Shown piece by piece: positions 22,201-37,200 of a DNA stretch of 64,000 nt. Origin of the DNA: Asterias rubens (lineage: Eukaryota); assembly GCF_902459465.1 (NCBI RefSeq), contig NC_047062.1, forward strand, positions 20,708,001 through 20,772,000. The letters are read 5' to 3'. The first letter of the stretch is position 1; each line of letters opens with the position of its first letter. The notes beneath the pieces were generated by a model. It was not told the origin of the DNA. It was given only the letters and a program-made list of their open reading frames with translations, and ran no database searches. The position numbers were made by a program, and so were the translations under genes.

Positions 22201-25200
22201 AGCAGCTTTCGATAATATAAAGCATATTTAGAACATTTCACTTAAGAACATGGTTATTCTATGTAAAAAGATATAAGTTTTGAAGACCCAAAAGTGTAAT
22301 CTGAGAAGCGTTACTGTAGTAGCGTTTCTCATATTGTGTAACCCTACTACTAGGATTATTCTTCCTGTGTGGTGGACATTATTCAAAATAAAACCAAATA
22401 ATAAAACATTTGAAATTGTATTACCTTGAAAGAGATTTCAAAGTTTTCACCGCCCCATATCTGAAGTCCGGGATCGTACCCTCCGAGCTCGAAGAAGTAC
22501 GCCCTGTCAATTGCGAACAGTCCCCCGGCCATGACAGGTGAGCTGCGTGGTGAAAAGGGTGAGAAATGATGTAGAGAATGTAATGTGGTTGTTCTTTATT
22601 CTGATACTCATTTTCTCTTTCTTACTTTGCATTCTCTATAATGTGATAATCATATCAGATAAATACTATTTAAATGAATGAATGTTACCCCTTCCCAAAG
22701 TCAAGAAAAGATATGGCAAGTGTATTAAAAAGTTTTTCCACAAGATTTTCAAATCAAAATGTTATCAAATTTTACTTTATGAGAATTGGTAACACGTACA
22801 CCCAAATCAAACAACTTCCCGAGCCGAACGGTTCACGTCATTAAACTAGCTTTTGCTCCACCTAAGATCCCTGCCTCCTAAACCCAAAACCCAGTTATAA
22901 TTAAAAAGGGTGTGTTCTTTAAAAGACTGGAACTTTGAGGAAATTAAATCTTTAAAATAAATCGACAGGAACACATTTTCTGCTCAGTTAGGTTTTATAA
23001 TAATCAATCTCAAGCGGAAATTGCTGCTTCCCAACTTTCCATCAACATAATGCTAAAAAGAGACCAGAAACTGGAGGGAAATAGGTCGTGCACTTTCTTT
23101 TAAGCTGTAAAGTCAACGCTGCCAACATTAGCACCTTGCAATCAGGGAGGTTATGCACAACAATCAGGGAGATATATCATCCTAAATTCGCAGAGCGACA
23201 AAGTTTCCACCAACGGGGAATTTTTTTTACTTGTTCATCAAAACATGGAAAGATTGTGGGATTTGAAATGTTGAATGGTGGAAATATAGGTGAGGTTTGC
23301 GGTAGCACCACGTGTCTTTTGAGTGACAAATCTCTATTGAGTAGTGATGATGTCATCCACCTGTTCTTTTCAGAACTAACCGTACTCAAAGAGATTTTTA
23401 AATGGTGCTACAACAAACCTCACCTAACGGAAGGATTTGTTTGTTTTCAGGGAACTTTCTGCCGAATAAGGGCGATTTTGCAACTCTGGTAACGTATTGC
23501 AGATGTCGAGTTGGCAATCGCTGTTGGTGAAACACCTAAATTCGTTTGAATAATGAAACTATCTCTAGAAACTATCCTGAAGTTACTGAAACTCACTCGT
23601 ACGGCTGACTACTGTACTTCATTCCTATACGATCTTTGCTGTAGTTGACGTGTATGCGTTTATACCAGAAATCCCAATCGAAAGCACCTCGGCACAATCC
23701 GTCCATCTGAGGCCCGTAGGCGAAGGTGTCTGCTTCAATAGCATCCACCGTGGGGCACACAACTACCTTTCTATAACAAGGAATCAAGTCAATACATTAA
23801 AGTTATTTAAAGGCACTGGGCACTATATGTCATACCAAAATAGTTGTTAGCATAAAACCTTATTGGATAACGAGCAATAGAGAGCTCTTGAGAGTATAAA
23901 CATGGAGAACGAATTTAAAAAACATTGTGAGTAATGGCTCCCTCACAAGTAACGTAGTTTTTGGGAAAGATATGATTTCTCACTCAAATTATATTAAAAG
24001 CCCGGTCTTAAAAATCTGAAAGCACACAAATGAATTTGTGCAACAAGGAGTATTTTTCCTTTTCATTGTTCTCTTGCAACTTCGATCACCAATATTGGTC
24101 ACACAATTGCAATTTAGTCAACATGTTCACAGATGTGTTATTTTATGCATAGTTTGGGATTCACACAGGAGAGTACTAGTCTTTGACAATTACCAAAATT
24201 GTCCGGTGCCTTTAAGCAATAACACGAAAACCCGACTAAAAAAGGGCATGCTGTAATTTGGCTCCGGTTTTACAACCTTTTTTCAAAAATTGTAAAGACA
24301 AACGGAGCTGCATTTACAGGGCTTTATGGTTTTAGATCCAGCGTGCATTTTTGCTAAAACCTAACCTATTGGTATACTTTCAACTTGGTCAGATACCACA
24401 ACGGAACATATCGTTAATAGCAATGTCTTATACTGTGAGTATTTCCGGACCAGTTATAGAAGGAAAGAGTTAAAGCTAAAGTGATGACAGGGTCTCTTAG
24501 AACGTTACGGGAAAAAGTATTTCTATAAACATGGTCCTTCCTTCCATTTGAAGCTCAAATGACAACATTCATTTGACTTTGACATTCAACAGCCAATAAA
24601 CACGTTTGGGATTTCCTTTTTGAGAATTTAGACCTTAGGAACAGAAAATCAACAAAGCAACCAAAGGCAGCACAGTTGTGATCACTTTAACCATTTAGCC
24701 ACTGGACCGCCCAGCCACCTAAAGCGATACACTGTATTATGCGGTAGGAGGAAACCTCGCTATAGCTTTTGTTTGTAGAAAATAAGAAACATCAAAATAA
24801 AACTAGGTCGTTAATAGTATGCCTACGCATTGGTGAATCCATCTAGTTATTTATAGATCATTATTAATTTGTCTCTTCACAGTTGACTTGACGAAGCTAA
24901 TGATGATGAAATAATGTAGCACTTACCCAACAAAACGCTTATCAGTAAACACAAAGGAAACTGTATTTATCATTCATGGTTATATTGTCGAAAATTTATG
25001 CCTTCGCAAATAATCAGCATTGAGCCAGATAAAAGCCTTGAAAAGCTATTGTATCCATTTTATCATTATACAAGAATAATCGCCATAAATATTACCGTAG
25101 GTTTTTTTTTATTGTTCCCCAATGAGGACTTGTACAAATATTACCGAAAGGGTCAAAAATTTTGCGTTTAATTATAAATAATAAGCCTGGGCTATCTTTA

Positions 25201-28200
25201 AAAAATTTGAACTACGATTTCAGTAAAGTTACTGCAAGAATCTTGAAAAGAAAAACAACATTATTTCGGCAAACTCGGGCGGTGCAGGGACTAGAGGGTT
25301 AATAGACAGTTTCTGAAAGAATTTAAGAACTAAAGTAAACTTATACTTGCAGGGGAAAAAATCATGTTAAAAATTAATGATCACATTTCCGACATACATT
25401 TCTATATTATACGCCTCAAACACTCATCGCAGATCAAGCAGAATAGTCTTAATTATTACATCGCTTTGGATACAACATTGAGTTTTAAAGACTTGGGATG
25501 CCAGGGGTCACTTCCAAAAGAAGTGTACCAAAAGGCCACAGTTTCTTTGAACACTCGCAAGATATTGGCCTACACATGCATGTTCCTCTTCAAAGTACCT
25601 CACTATTTTCGCGAGTGTTTTCCACGAAAGATACTCTTCTTCTTTTTTAATTTCAAAGAGGGATATTATAACATAATAATTAATGGAAGTAGGAATTGCC
25701 AGGATTCAACCTTCGTAAAAATGTACAATGTTTGTACAATGTCGAGGAGAATGTTTGTTTTTTAAAGCAGTCGTGTTCTTTGCATTCTGAGGTCCGTCAC
25801 CTGCTGTCAAGCAATAGCTTAATGCCGATTGTGTCATGGCCTGTGAACCCTGTTATGTTCCCTACACGAATGCAAAATATATACATTTTAAGGCGGTGGA
25901 CACTATTGGTAATTGTCAAAGACTAGCCTTCACAGTTGGTTTAGATGGTTGATTTCGAGACCTCAAGTCTGAGGTCTCGAAATCAAATTCGAAATCAAAT
26001 TCGTGGAAAATTACTTCTCTCTCAAAAACTATGGCACTTCAGAGGGAGGCATTTCTCACAATGTTTTATACTATCAACCTCTCCCCATTACTCGTCACCA
26101 AGAAAGGTTTATGCCAATAATTATTTTGAGTAATTACCAATAGTGTCCACTGCCTTTAAATGGCCTAGGAATGGTTTTTACAAAACGGCAGACGGAATGG
26201 TGTGTATTTAGGAATAGTATGACACAATTTTTTTCATCTATGACTTATGTTACCTACTAACGGCTATTTCAGCCAGTAGAGGCGGCAACCAGTTGACATT
26301 ACATTCACAATGTGCGTCCAGGAACGTGACCACCTCCCCTTTGCACCGTCTGGCACCTGATATTCGGGACCTTATCAGACCATCACGTTGGCTGTTCCGG
26401 AACAGTCTAACTTTGCCTTCGAACTCAGGCCGCACAATGTAGTCATCCAACTGCCTTTTAAGATGCTCTGAAAGTAAGAGACAGGTTTATTTTAAATATG
26501 ACCGTCTTGAAATAATTTAGAACGCCCTCTGCTGCTGCAACAAAAACAGCTTTTAGTGGAACATAAAAGAGGGAAAGTAAGACAGTTTCTATTAAGAAGT
26601 AATAGTTTTGAGCACATATACCTTATCGCAAATACTCGGTACGTACGTTTTAGGCGTGACACGAGGTGCATGCTGGTCTAGCAAGCGATCAAATTTGATT
26701 CCTTGCTAGACCAGCATAAACCTCATTGAACAATTTGCGCTTGCGGAATAAGTAATTGCGAAAAGTGTCTATTATGGCCGTATTCAAACAGTATAGAACG
26801 CCCTCTGCTGCCGCACAAAAGTATCTTTTAGTGGCACATTAAAAATGGTTTATATGAAGCTTAGCTTTAAGACTGTGGTTTGTCACGATAAGGTCCCTTC
26901 ATCACAGATCACCCAGTTTCTTAGTCAACCCTGCAGGAAAACAGCTCCAATCCAGGCTCCACGGATAAACACTCCCAACCAATATAAATCATATCACAGT
27001 GCACAGCCGCGATTTTGACACTTCCCAAATTGAGTTTCCCAACCAAAGTTCAGGGATGTTTTTTCCCATGCCGAAGTAGCTTGGTGCAAGCGACACCCTA
27101 ATATATACGTGATCTTTTTGATGTTTACCGAATACTAAAAAGCTAATTGCTGAATCATTGATCATAAAATGTCAACACAGGTGATTGTTACACGGCAGCT
27201 GCTCCCAAGCTCAATTTCCAATTTCGTAGATTTTAAGAGTATAACATTCGGTATCACATTAAAGTGAAATTTAGGTGCAATTGTACCAAAAAACATTCAA
27301 CGTTGTTTCCCCTCAAAATTGTCTCTTTAACTTCAATATACGATTTAACAGCATATTGGTGCTACGTATAGGAATAGCTCTCATACTTAAACAAACGTAG
27401 CTCTACAATAACTTTAAGGAAAATACTTTTTACTGAATGTTAAAGCGACTTGTGAGTCACTGAGTGGCGGGTATGAAGCCATAATTATTAACATAGACTT
27501 GTTTAAACTGTACCGGATAATGAATACTTAATTTAGAATCCCTTGTCTACAGTTTGGGAATATCTTCACAGAGGAGCCACTGAATGACGTCAGTGAATAA
27601 TATCAGATTCTATGTGAGCCATATAAGTCTGTCCCCAGACTCGATACTATCCCATTGACCTTATAATGCGCAATACAGGGCCCTTTCATGAAGCTGTTAA
27701 AATTCAACGAAGGCCGTGTTCAGACTGGCGACTCCGGCTACGGCTGTGGCTGTTGCTATAAAGGGTGTTGCTAATATTCTCTGCTTCAACCCGATGATCA
27801 AGCCACAGCCGCCAAGTCGGACACGGCCTTGTGTTAAGGGACTTCACAGAGCCAATTTCACAGAGCAGCCAACTTTGTATAATAACCAACTTCTACTTAA
27901 CAGAAATAAGCAGTAGGATTTGAAACTTTGCATGGTGGAAATACGATATAGAAAGGTTTGCGGTAACACCATGTAATGACTATCTCTAATGAGTAGGGGT
28001 GGTTCTGAAAAGAACCGTTGGTTTCAACTCGACGTTTCGATCAGTATGCTCTGATCGTCTTCTGGAGAAAATAAGCAGGATACCAGTCAGAAAGTTTCAT
28101 GTGACATGGTATTATGGTTGGTAACATTACTCTGGTGAGCAATATTGTTGTGCTTAGCTTATTTTTGTGCGTAAGCAGCTCTATAAAATTTGGCCCTGAT

Positions 28201-31200
28201 TTTTGTAATCGACCAACATTGAAAATAATATGTTTGTGCTTATTAATATGCTACACAGCTCTCGTTTAATTAGGCTCAGATTAGTCAGGTCACCTTTATC
28301 GCTGTAATCATCCACCATGACGATCTCGTGCAGTAGGTGTGAAGGAGTCATGTTAATGACGCTACGGAGGGTTCGTATCAGGGTCGACCAACCCTCGTTG
28401 TGAAACACCACCACCACACTGGTGTTTGGAAGCTTCTCAGGGTAATGCCAGTATCTGCATCTGGGAAGGAGGATGAAACATTAGGGTCAAGATCAATGTT
28501 CACAAAATAGTAAAGTGTTAGGGCCTTGTCACAAGAAGCAACTTTTACATAAAACTTGGAGGTAGCCGACTGCAGTGCAATTGCGGGGTTAAACGTTGAA
28601 AACGGATAGTTTTGTGGTTATGCTGAAAACTGAGACTTGAAGAAAAAAATAACTTCCAAATAAGGAAATAAACACAACTTGCTTCAATCAACTTTGATCC
28701 TATATCCAACCATCATTCACTTTCACTCACAACACTGACTCATCCCAAAAAAGGCAAAATAAAATGTCCTTATTAAATTTGAAGTTCTCAAAAAGTGATA
28801 ATTCCTTCCTATCCGATAGCTTTATTGAGTATAGTATCCGACAGGATGGTAATTCAAGTTCCTGTAGTATGTCACCTTTGTTTGTTGTCATTCCAACTTG
28901 CTCAAGTCAACATACACAGTCAAATATAGAATGTTTCAAGTACCGCCAACTAGCAAACACAATATAGCCATTGGAACTCAAAATAAAAGGACTCTCACGG
29001 GAATGGGACTTGAGTCAAGTCAAAGTCATATCCGAATAGCAAGTGGAGGGGAATTCCATATTCCTATCAATCAAAGTTTAACTAAAACCACAAAGCTTTT
29101 CCCAACTTGTTTTATCTGGGCAAGTTAAGAGTTTTCCATTTCGTATAGCCCTTATACGCGGTAACCCCTTTAGTTTTTTTCCTCCTCGTCAACCTTCAAA
29201 AGATGGACTCCAAAAAGATGGACTTACTGTGGATCCCGTATATCCGGCACAGCTCTGTCAAGTGAGATACGATCACTAACCACCATGTTGAATCCATAAT
29301 CCTTGTAGCTCTGCTCGTAGAGGGCTCTCTCTGACGTCATAAGGGTGACGGGGACTCCATTCTCGCCTACTCCACGCCTCTCGGGTGCGCGTTGCTTTGG
29401 CTCGAAGTCTCCCGGTGTGTCTTTTAGTACTGGTGCTGGGTTATTTGACTTGGTGCTTGGAAGCTTTGGTTGGTCATCGAGGCTCTGGATCTCATTTGAA
29501 GGTTGGGGCTGTTGGGGTGACTCATCGCGCTGAAACAAATCAAAATTAAGACAGTTTTAAATCAATAGTGAATTCGTTGTTATTCTTTGTTGACGATTTC
29601 TTGAAAGTCTATATTAGTGTTAAATAATTTGCACTGGTGCCAATGGCCTTAAGCGATTTGATTGGGCAACAATGAAAGACAGTGTGGTATGCATTAGAGT
29701 CCTGTGCTTTCTCTGAAAATTTAGGTAGCATTTTGGTACATTGGTATATATTTGTTTTTTCCACAAAAGACATCAAATAACCATCTCTCTTCTGTTGCAT
29801 AAGAATTTTGAACAAGTTAAGAAATTTAAATAATTATATCAGCTTCAAAAACAAAAACATCTTAGAAACTATGAGAAACCGTGCTTCCCATTGTTACAAT
29901 TTCTAAAATGCTAAATTGCGCTTAATATTTCAGCACTTTCCCCTTTCAAATTGTAGCCATTGCTTACTTAAAAAAATAGATACTTTGTTTGTGGACGCAG
30001 GTGTTCTGAATTCGCCAATAGTGGTTCAAGTGCAAGCCAGTGACAAATTGTAAATGACACTACGCTGCTTCCCAGAGAGGACGCCTACTGGCTAGTCACG
30101 GGCAATTAAGTAGACATTGCTATATCAAGCCCATCGGGAACTGAACAGACACACACACACTAGAAATACTCATCAAGATTCACAAGGTGACACCGAGTTG
30201 TCAACGAGGAACTATGGAATAATGTCATTATCAATATTGACTGGTGCAAGTTGAATTGCTTCCCGTGTATTAATAATCCTTGGAGTCATTCTGAACCAGT
30301 TTTAGATGAAAGGGCATCGCTGCTGTGCTGAGAAGTGACGCCATTTTCATTTCGATCTAATTGAGTTAAGAGATGATACATGCTTCCCTTGTCTTTCTGT
30401 TTGACCCGATGCATTACGAAATACATAATGCAAAGGGAGCTTTTGACAAATAAATGATGTTTTGTTATACTTGTTAATGCATCCCACTGTCTATGCTTCA
30501 TTACCATGAGCGATTCAACGACAAAACCTAACCCTATAATGAACAGACTTACGAAATCTCGAACCAGTTCAAGATTCTAACCAGTGTCTGGGTCAGCCTG
30601 ACCCAGATATGAATCAGGCGACCCGGGATCCGGATCAATACGGGATCCGGATCAATACGGGATCCGGATCAATATTTTGACCTGGAAATTTTTAGACAAA
30701 TTCTAATTTCACTTAGACCTACACATGGTCTTTTAACTATTCTTACTGAACAGGTCACTTCCAGTCAAGGAATAGAAATATTGTAACTGTTTAAAGGCAG
30801 TGGACACTATTGGTAATTGTCATATACTAGCCTTCACAGTTGGTGTATCTCAACATATGCATAAAATATCTAACCTGTGAAAATTTGAGCGCGATCGGTC
30901 ATCGAACTTGCGAGATAATAGTGAAAGAAAAAACACCCTTGTCACACGAAGTTGTGTGCGTTTAGATGGTTGATTTCGAGACCTCAAGTTCTAAATCTGA
31001 GGTCTCAAAATCAAATTCGTGGGAAAAAGTTCTTTCTCAAAAACTATGGCACTTCAGAGGGAGCCGTTTCTCACAATGTTTTATCCCATCAACCTCTCCC
31101 CATTACTCGTCACCAAGAAAGGTTTAATGCTAATAATTATTTTGAGTAATTACCAATAGTGTCCACTGCCTTTTAAAAGTAAGCAACCGCTGGTGAAATT

Positions 31201-34200
31201 ACGTTTACGCTTAAACAAATTTTTCTGCTAGAGTAAGCAAAAAAATGTGCTTACCGTTAAGCAAAGCTATGAAATTGGGCCCTGATATGCCACTATATTT
31301 ATTCATATTTATCTACTTTTATGTACAGGTGAGGAGACACAAAACCACAAGAGATAAAACAGATTATGGGGAGGACAGATTACCCAGAGTAAGTACAGCA
31401 GTTATCCACTTATGAAGCCTGGCTTAAAGCCATTGGACAAGGCCCACACTTCGTGTATCACAACTTCTATATCAAATAACAAACCTGTGAAAATTTGGGC
31501 TTAATCGGTCATCGGAGTCGGGAGAAAATAACGGGAAAACCCACCCTTGTTATCGCGCGTTTCGCCGTGTCATGACATGTGTTTAAAGTAAATCCGTAAT
31601 TCTCGTTAACGAGAATTGATATTGTTTTACTGTTTTCTCAAAATGTAAAGCATTTAATGGAATAATATTTCAAGAGAAGTATTTCACCACTACCTTCTGT
31701 AAACCCTGTAAGTTATTTGTAAATCTGTGAACTTTTTTTTTTGTTTCTGTACCGAAAGGGTCCAATGGCTTTAATACACCGTCAAGTTCAACCACCGCCA
31801 TATTAGATGGGACTGATTTTGACCATACATCATCATTGGTAAATTACCCTGAACAGTGTGTACCGGGCACTGAGTACATGTTCTCCGCCTCAATGTCATT
31901 TTCGATTCAACTTTTAAGGACAAAACATAACCTAGATCTTAAGACTCTGTTTGCTGCGTGTTCCATTGAGAACGAATAGGCCAGGGCCCCACAGACACTT
32001 GGAGACTGTTTCCTCTAAAACTTCACAAAAATACGCGGATGCATTTTCCTGCACAGTTCAAAACAAGAGAAGGGCAATAGTGGAGTGGCATGGTTCTTGC
32101 GAGTCCATTATTATTGTCATGGCCCCACCCATTTCCTCATGCTCAGCGTTAATTATACTCACACCCATTTCTTTCTCTTTCAAAATATGGTTTATGTTTT
32201 GAATGTTATGTTATGCTCTACTTTAATTATAGGACTATGTTGCCCAAAGCCATGCCCTTCCTGACATCTTGAACTAGACGGCGTCGTTAGCCCACTTTGT
32301 CTTAAATACATTTTGAAGGCAAGTGCACTATACAGCTATAAGTTATAATGTTTATAGGCTAGTTTTGACTTCCTATGGCACTTTAAGAGTTCACAAACAG
32401 TGTTGTTTTCCCAAGAGCTGTGTCAAGGTCATTTATCAAATCTTTCCAGGTGTGGTGTAGAGGAAAACCAACTAGCAAAACGAAGGCAGTGTGGATCATT
32501 CATCATTATCACCCAGACCGTGATGGAGAATAGGAAGGTGTGCCGTTGACAAGGGCACAAACCGGGGCCAATGTACATTATTAGTCTCATCAGTTTGATG
32601 GAGGCTGGAACCATTCCTCACTGTCGCGTAAATCTATAATGGTTCCTCCTTACTCTTTGTCTCAACGAAGCAAAATGTACGTCTTTAGGGCCCATTGCCT
32701 ACAAGCTCTGCTCCTAAAATGGCTCACTGTGAGATATCTTATTTATTCTCATCTTGATGTATATGTTTACTGTATTGTACTCTCTAAACTGATCGCTCTT
32801 GAGTGATAATGTACTATATTTATTGATACTGTGGAAAATAAAATGAACCTTGAAGCTTGAAGGGTACCTGTTTATCACCTCACCAAGATTTCTTCTCACG
32901 TTATTAATTGAGTTCACATCGGTAGCTGTCCAAGCACTTGCAAAGTGATCCACCGGTAAAACGCACAGTTTGCACAAAGTGCATATTACTCAAGTTTGTT
33001 AACTAATTGGGATCGGTTGATGATTGATTGGCAACAACCTTCCAAATATCCATGAAAAGGCAGGTATTTGATAAGTACATCAAGCCTGCCCTATCAGTAC
33101 ACAGTCATATGAGACGGTGCCGAGAAATGAATTGCCACCAAACCTTTGACAAAATTAAAGGTGACAGAGAGTGTAACAAAGAAGTACATGGTGACGGATC
33201 TTTAGGACAAAATAAAGAAATAAATAGTGTATAATATTTATATTAAGACCATTAAATCGAAGAAGTGGAGGTGGACAGGTCACCTGTCAAGGAGGACAAC
33301 AGGTGGGCATGCCAAACAACCAACTGGACTCCAAGAAACCGAACAATGAAAAGAGGGAGACTAAACAGGCGGAGAGATGAGCTAAGAACATGGTGGTATT
33401 TCTTGGCAACAGATGCTCATTATTGTCACATCACGGTAATTCATGTACACAACTTTCTTCGAGTGACTATTCAAACTTTATATCCAGCTATGTATCTATG
33501 ATGTGACTACGATCACTCTTACAACAATCTGTCATCTCAAATTAATAACCTGAAAACTTGAAAGGTTCCTGGAAGCACTAATGATACCTAATTAAATCGT
33601 TCTTGCAGGAGCTAGAGAGGCATATGAAGCCGCCATCTGCAGACGTCTAATATTAAAGGCAGTGGACACTATTGGTAATTACTCTAAATAATTTTTAGCA
33701 TAACAAACTTCTTGGTTACAAGTAACGGAGAGCTGTTGATAGTATAAAACATTGTGAGAAACGGCTCCCTCTGAAGTAACGTAGTTTTCGAGAAAGAACT
33801 AATATTCCACGAATTTGATTTCGAGAGCTGAGATTTAGAATTTGAGGTTTCGAAATCAACATCTGAAAGCACACGACTTGTGTAACAAGGGTGTTTTTTC
33901 TTTCTTTATTATCTCGCAACTTCGACGACCAATTGAGCTCAAATTTTCACAGGTTTGTTATTTTATGCATATGTTGAGATCCACCAAGTGAGAAGACTGG
34001 TCTTTGACAATTACCAATAGTGTCCAGTGTCTTTAAACATTTAGACCTATATCTAGATCCGGCACAACATAACTTTTACCAAAAGTATGTCAATTGATGC
34101 TTTTGTAGATCAAGGGTATTATGAACTTGTGAGGACAATTACTTACTTCCCCTTAGTACCAATGGTAAAGTGTAAACATGTCACAGCAATCATGATTTCT

Positions 34201-37200
34201 CACTTAATGTTCTCCTTTCTATAACATACAATTACTACATCATGACGTTGAAGGATGCAGACTTTGGTTTCCTTATGTTTGGTTGGCTTGAACAGACGCA
34301 CACTCTTACCATGGGTACTAACCGCAGTCAGGCACGGTGGTCTTTCGAGAACAAAAAGTATATTTATGACCAATGTATTGGGTACAAGGGCAGACCTATA
34401 CATGTAAGGCTATTGAATCACAATTTTAATCTTACTGATTTTTCCAGGGGCATACAAATCGGCAATCAAAATAGAGTTGGGAGAATATAATCTGATGCCT
34501 GCGTATATATAGTTTAGGCCTGGAGCGTATTTTGAGAATTGAGAGTTCTTCAACATCGTCAATTAAATTCTCATTTCCACGGAAGACGGGTATATAGACG
34601 ATACCCTCTCCTTTGTGTTTAATTTGTATTCCTATGGTAGTCAAAATCCTTGTCACAAAATGATGACGTATTCGAGAAGTGAGTAGGTTTCGAAATTACA
34701 AATGTATATATCTTTGATTGTATTGCTCTTTGCAGTGTACAAATAATTACAGACACACAAATCCCATATCATAGTCAAATTTTTTGTCACAAATTGAGGA
34801 CATTCGAGAAGAACGTAGGTCTCGATATTTAAAATGTATCATGGATTGAATTAGGCTCTTTGCAGTGTTCAGATAATTACTAACACACAAACATACAAAC
34901 AAAACATTATCAATCAGGTTTATTTTAAATGAACCTTCTCTGAATCCAGGTCGGGTGTATGTGATCGCGTGTTTGGGGCTCCGAATTCACATCCTACGGG
35001 ATCCTGGGCCTACGCCAGTGACGCCAAAAGCAAGATTTATAGTAAACATTATACCGGACAAATTCTTAGCAAATGCTTAGGTTGTGATCCCAATCATAAA
35101 TCGCATGAGCTGAAAGGATCATATTTTGCAGTTCAAGACCTTCGTCAAATAGACGGTGAGACACGCTAAAGAGAGATCCGCACAGGATCATCCCCAGTCC
35201 CCTCCCCCTTCGTGAATGATTCGAGAGCCCATAGGGGTGCATCGTGCCTAAAAGGGAGACACCATGGACATTTATCATATTATTTTGTATTACAACTTAA
35301 AGGCACTGTACACGTTTGGTAATTGTCAAAGACCAGTGTTCTCACTTGGTGTATCCCATCATAAGCATAAAATAACAAGCCTGTACAAATTTGGGCTCAA
35401 TCGGTCATCGAAGTTGCAAGAAAATGATGAAAGAAAAAACACCCTTGTTGGACGAATGTATGTGCTTTCAGATAGGAATAAAAGACTTCTAGCTATAAGA
35501 AGTCTTTTATTATTAATTTAGTGAGAAATTTCCTCTTTCTCAAAAACTATGTTACTTCATAGGGAGTCGTTTCCCACAATGTTGTATACTATCAACAGCT
35601 CTCCAATGCTCGTTACCAAATCAGTTTGTGAGTTAGTATTTGTTTTGAGTAATTACCAAACATGTACATTCCCTTTAAAACCATGTAACAAAAAACAAAA
35701 GAGCAACTGACTGGATGGGTAAAATTTGTAAGTAATTTTAAGTTGAACAAGAAAAATATTCTGATAAGCGAGTGAACCTGCGACCTCCGGATTGACGCGC
35801 CGGCGCTCTACAAACTGAGTTATCTATTAACCTTAATGTTTGCGGTCGGCCTATTTTGGCAATTATGTTTTTTGATAATATAATATACAGCGCCATCAGT
35901 AGCACTGACCTAAGTAGCCACATACAATTGTGGAATGCCGACATTGACTATGCGGTTTGTTTTGGTTGTCTATTAAAAAATGCAATTTGGCCATTCTTCA
36001 TTTCTGTTAGAGTGTATATATTTTATCGTTTGTCCCTGCACTTTTTTTTACATGATGATGGATGCGAATCAGCCATAAAACCCACTTACTCGACATTATT
36101 AACAGGCCTACACGAATGTACACGAATGAGGTTATGCAAGATACGCTCATTAGTGTTTGACAAGGCCTCTCGCGTGGGTTGGATGCTAACATCCTATAGC
36201 AGGGTATTCGTATAAATTATTTGTAATTGACAAATAAATAATAAAACAATAAAAACCATTCTTCCAAATTACATGCTAAAATGTAAACTCAATTTGATGT
36301 TTATAACTAACGGCCAGAAATTTGATCCAAAAATTTCGATATCACTTTTTATTAACACTAATATCCAGTAAAATATTAAGTAGGTCCATTCTTAGTGTGT
36401 AGGCTAGGCCGTCACAGTAATTATCAAGCTAGAAAAGTAGTGTTTAGACCTATGTCACTGAATGGCATCACACACCATGCAGTCTTGTCAGTACGCCTGC
36501 ATGTTTGTTTATGATGTTCACATGTGATTTCCATTTCTCTGTCAATGTTATAAACATAATCTCCATCATCGTGACAGTGCAATCTGGTGAAACAGCTATC
36601 GGTGATAGCTGAGGCCATGCCCTCAAGATCATTATGAATTGACAGTCCCAGTTTCAACAAACAATATTGCTTGTTTTCAGGCAATGTAAACTTTGACATC
36701 ACATAGTTAAAAAAAAAAAGAGTCATATTTTGTATAGAGATTGCTTTAGTCTGATTTGTTATCAATTTTTCATATGAAGTATGGGGCAGCTGATCAGCTG
36801 TTGTTTCTTAACTCTTGAAGTTATGTTGAAGTTGTGACACAAAGTCTCAAATTCCTCAAATGACCAGTGCAGTATTTCGCCTGCCAGCTGCCAGAGAGGT
36901 CATGGAATGTATGCAACGCCACTAATGTCACGTGATCTCTGCACATACATCTTTCCTTGTCACAGAAACCCCCTCGAAACTTGATTGAGCTAAACTCAAT
37001 AAAGGTTTCTTTTAATTTAAGTTGCAGTTCGAAAGTATAGAGAGAAAATAGTTTTCATTGTCTGTACTAAAAATACCCAAAGAAGAACCAAAGGTTGAAT
37101 CAAGTCAACGAGGGTTGGTACGAGATCCTCTTCATTTTCAAGATATATCATCAAACCAAGCTGTGCAAGAAATAGTCAGTGGACACTATTGGTAGTTGTC

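Noticed and set aside
33560-33650. Possible GIY-YIG C-terminal remnant (RFLEALMI)
   Set aside because: Too short and interrupted to support a Penelope ORF call.
35740-35835. Genuine tRNA gene
   Set aside because: Degenerate B box, no acceptor stem and embedded in a larger repeat; treated as tRNA-derived.
36424-36765. 113-codon minus-strand ORF in GALNT7 intron 1
   Set aside because: No ATG start, no recognisable domain, and the GALNT7 model closes in phase without it.
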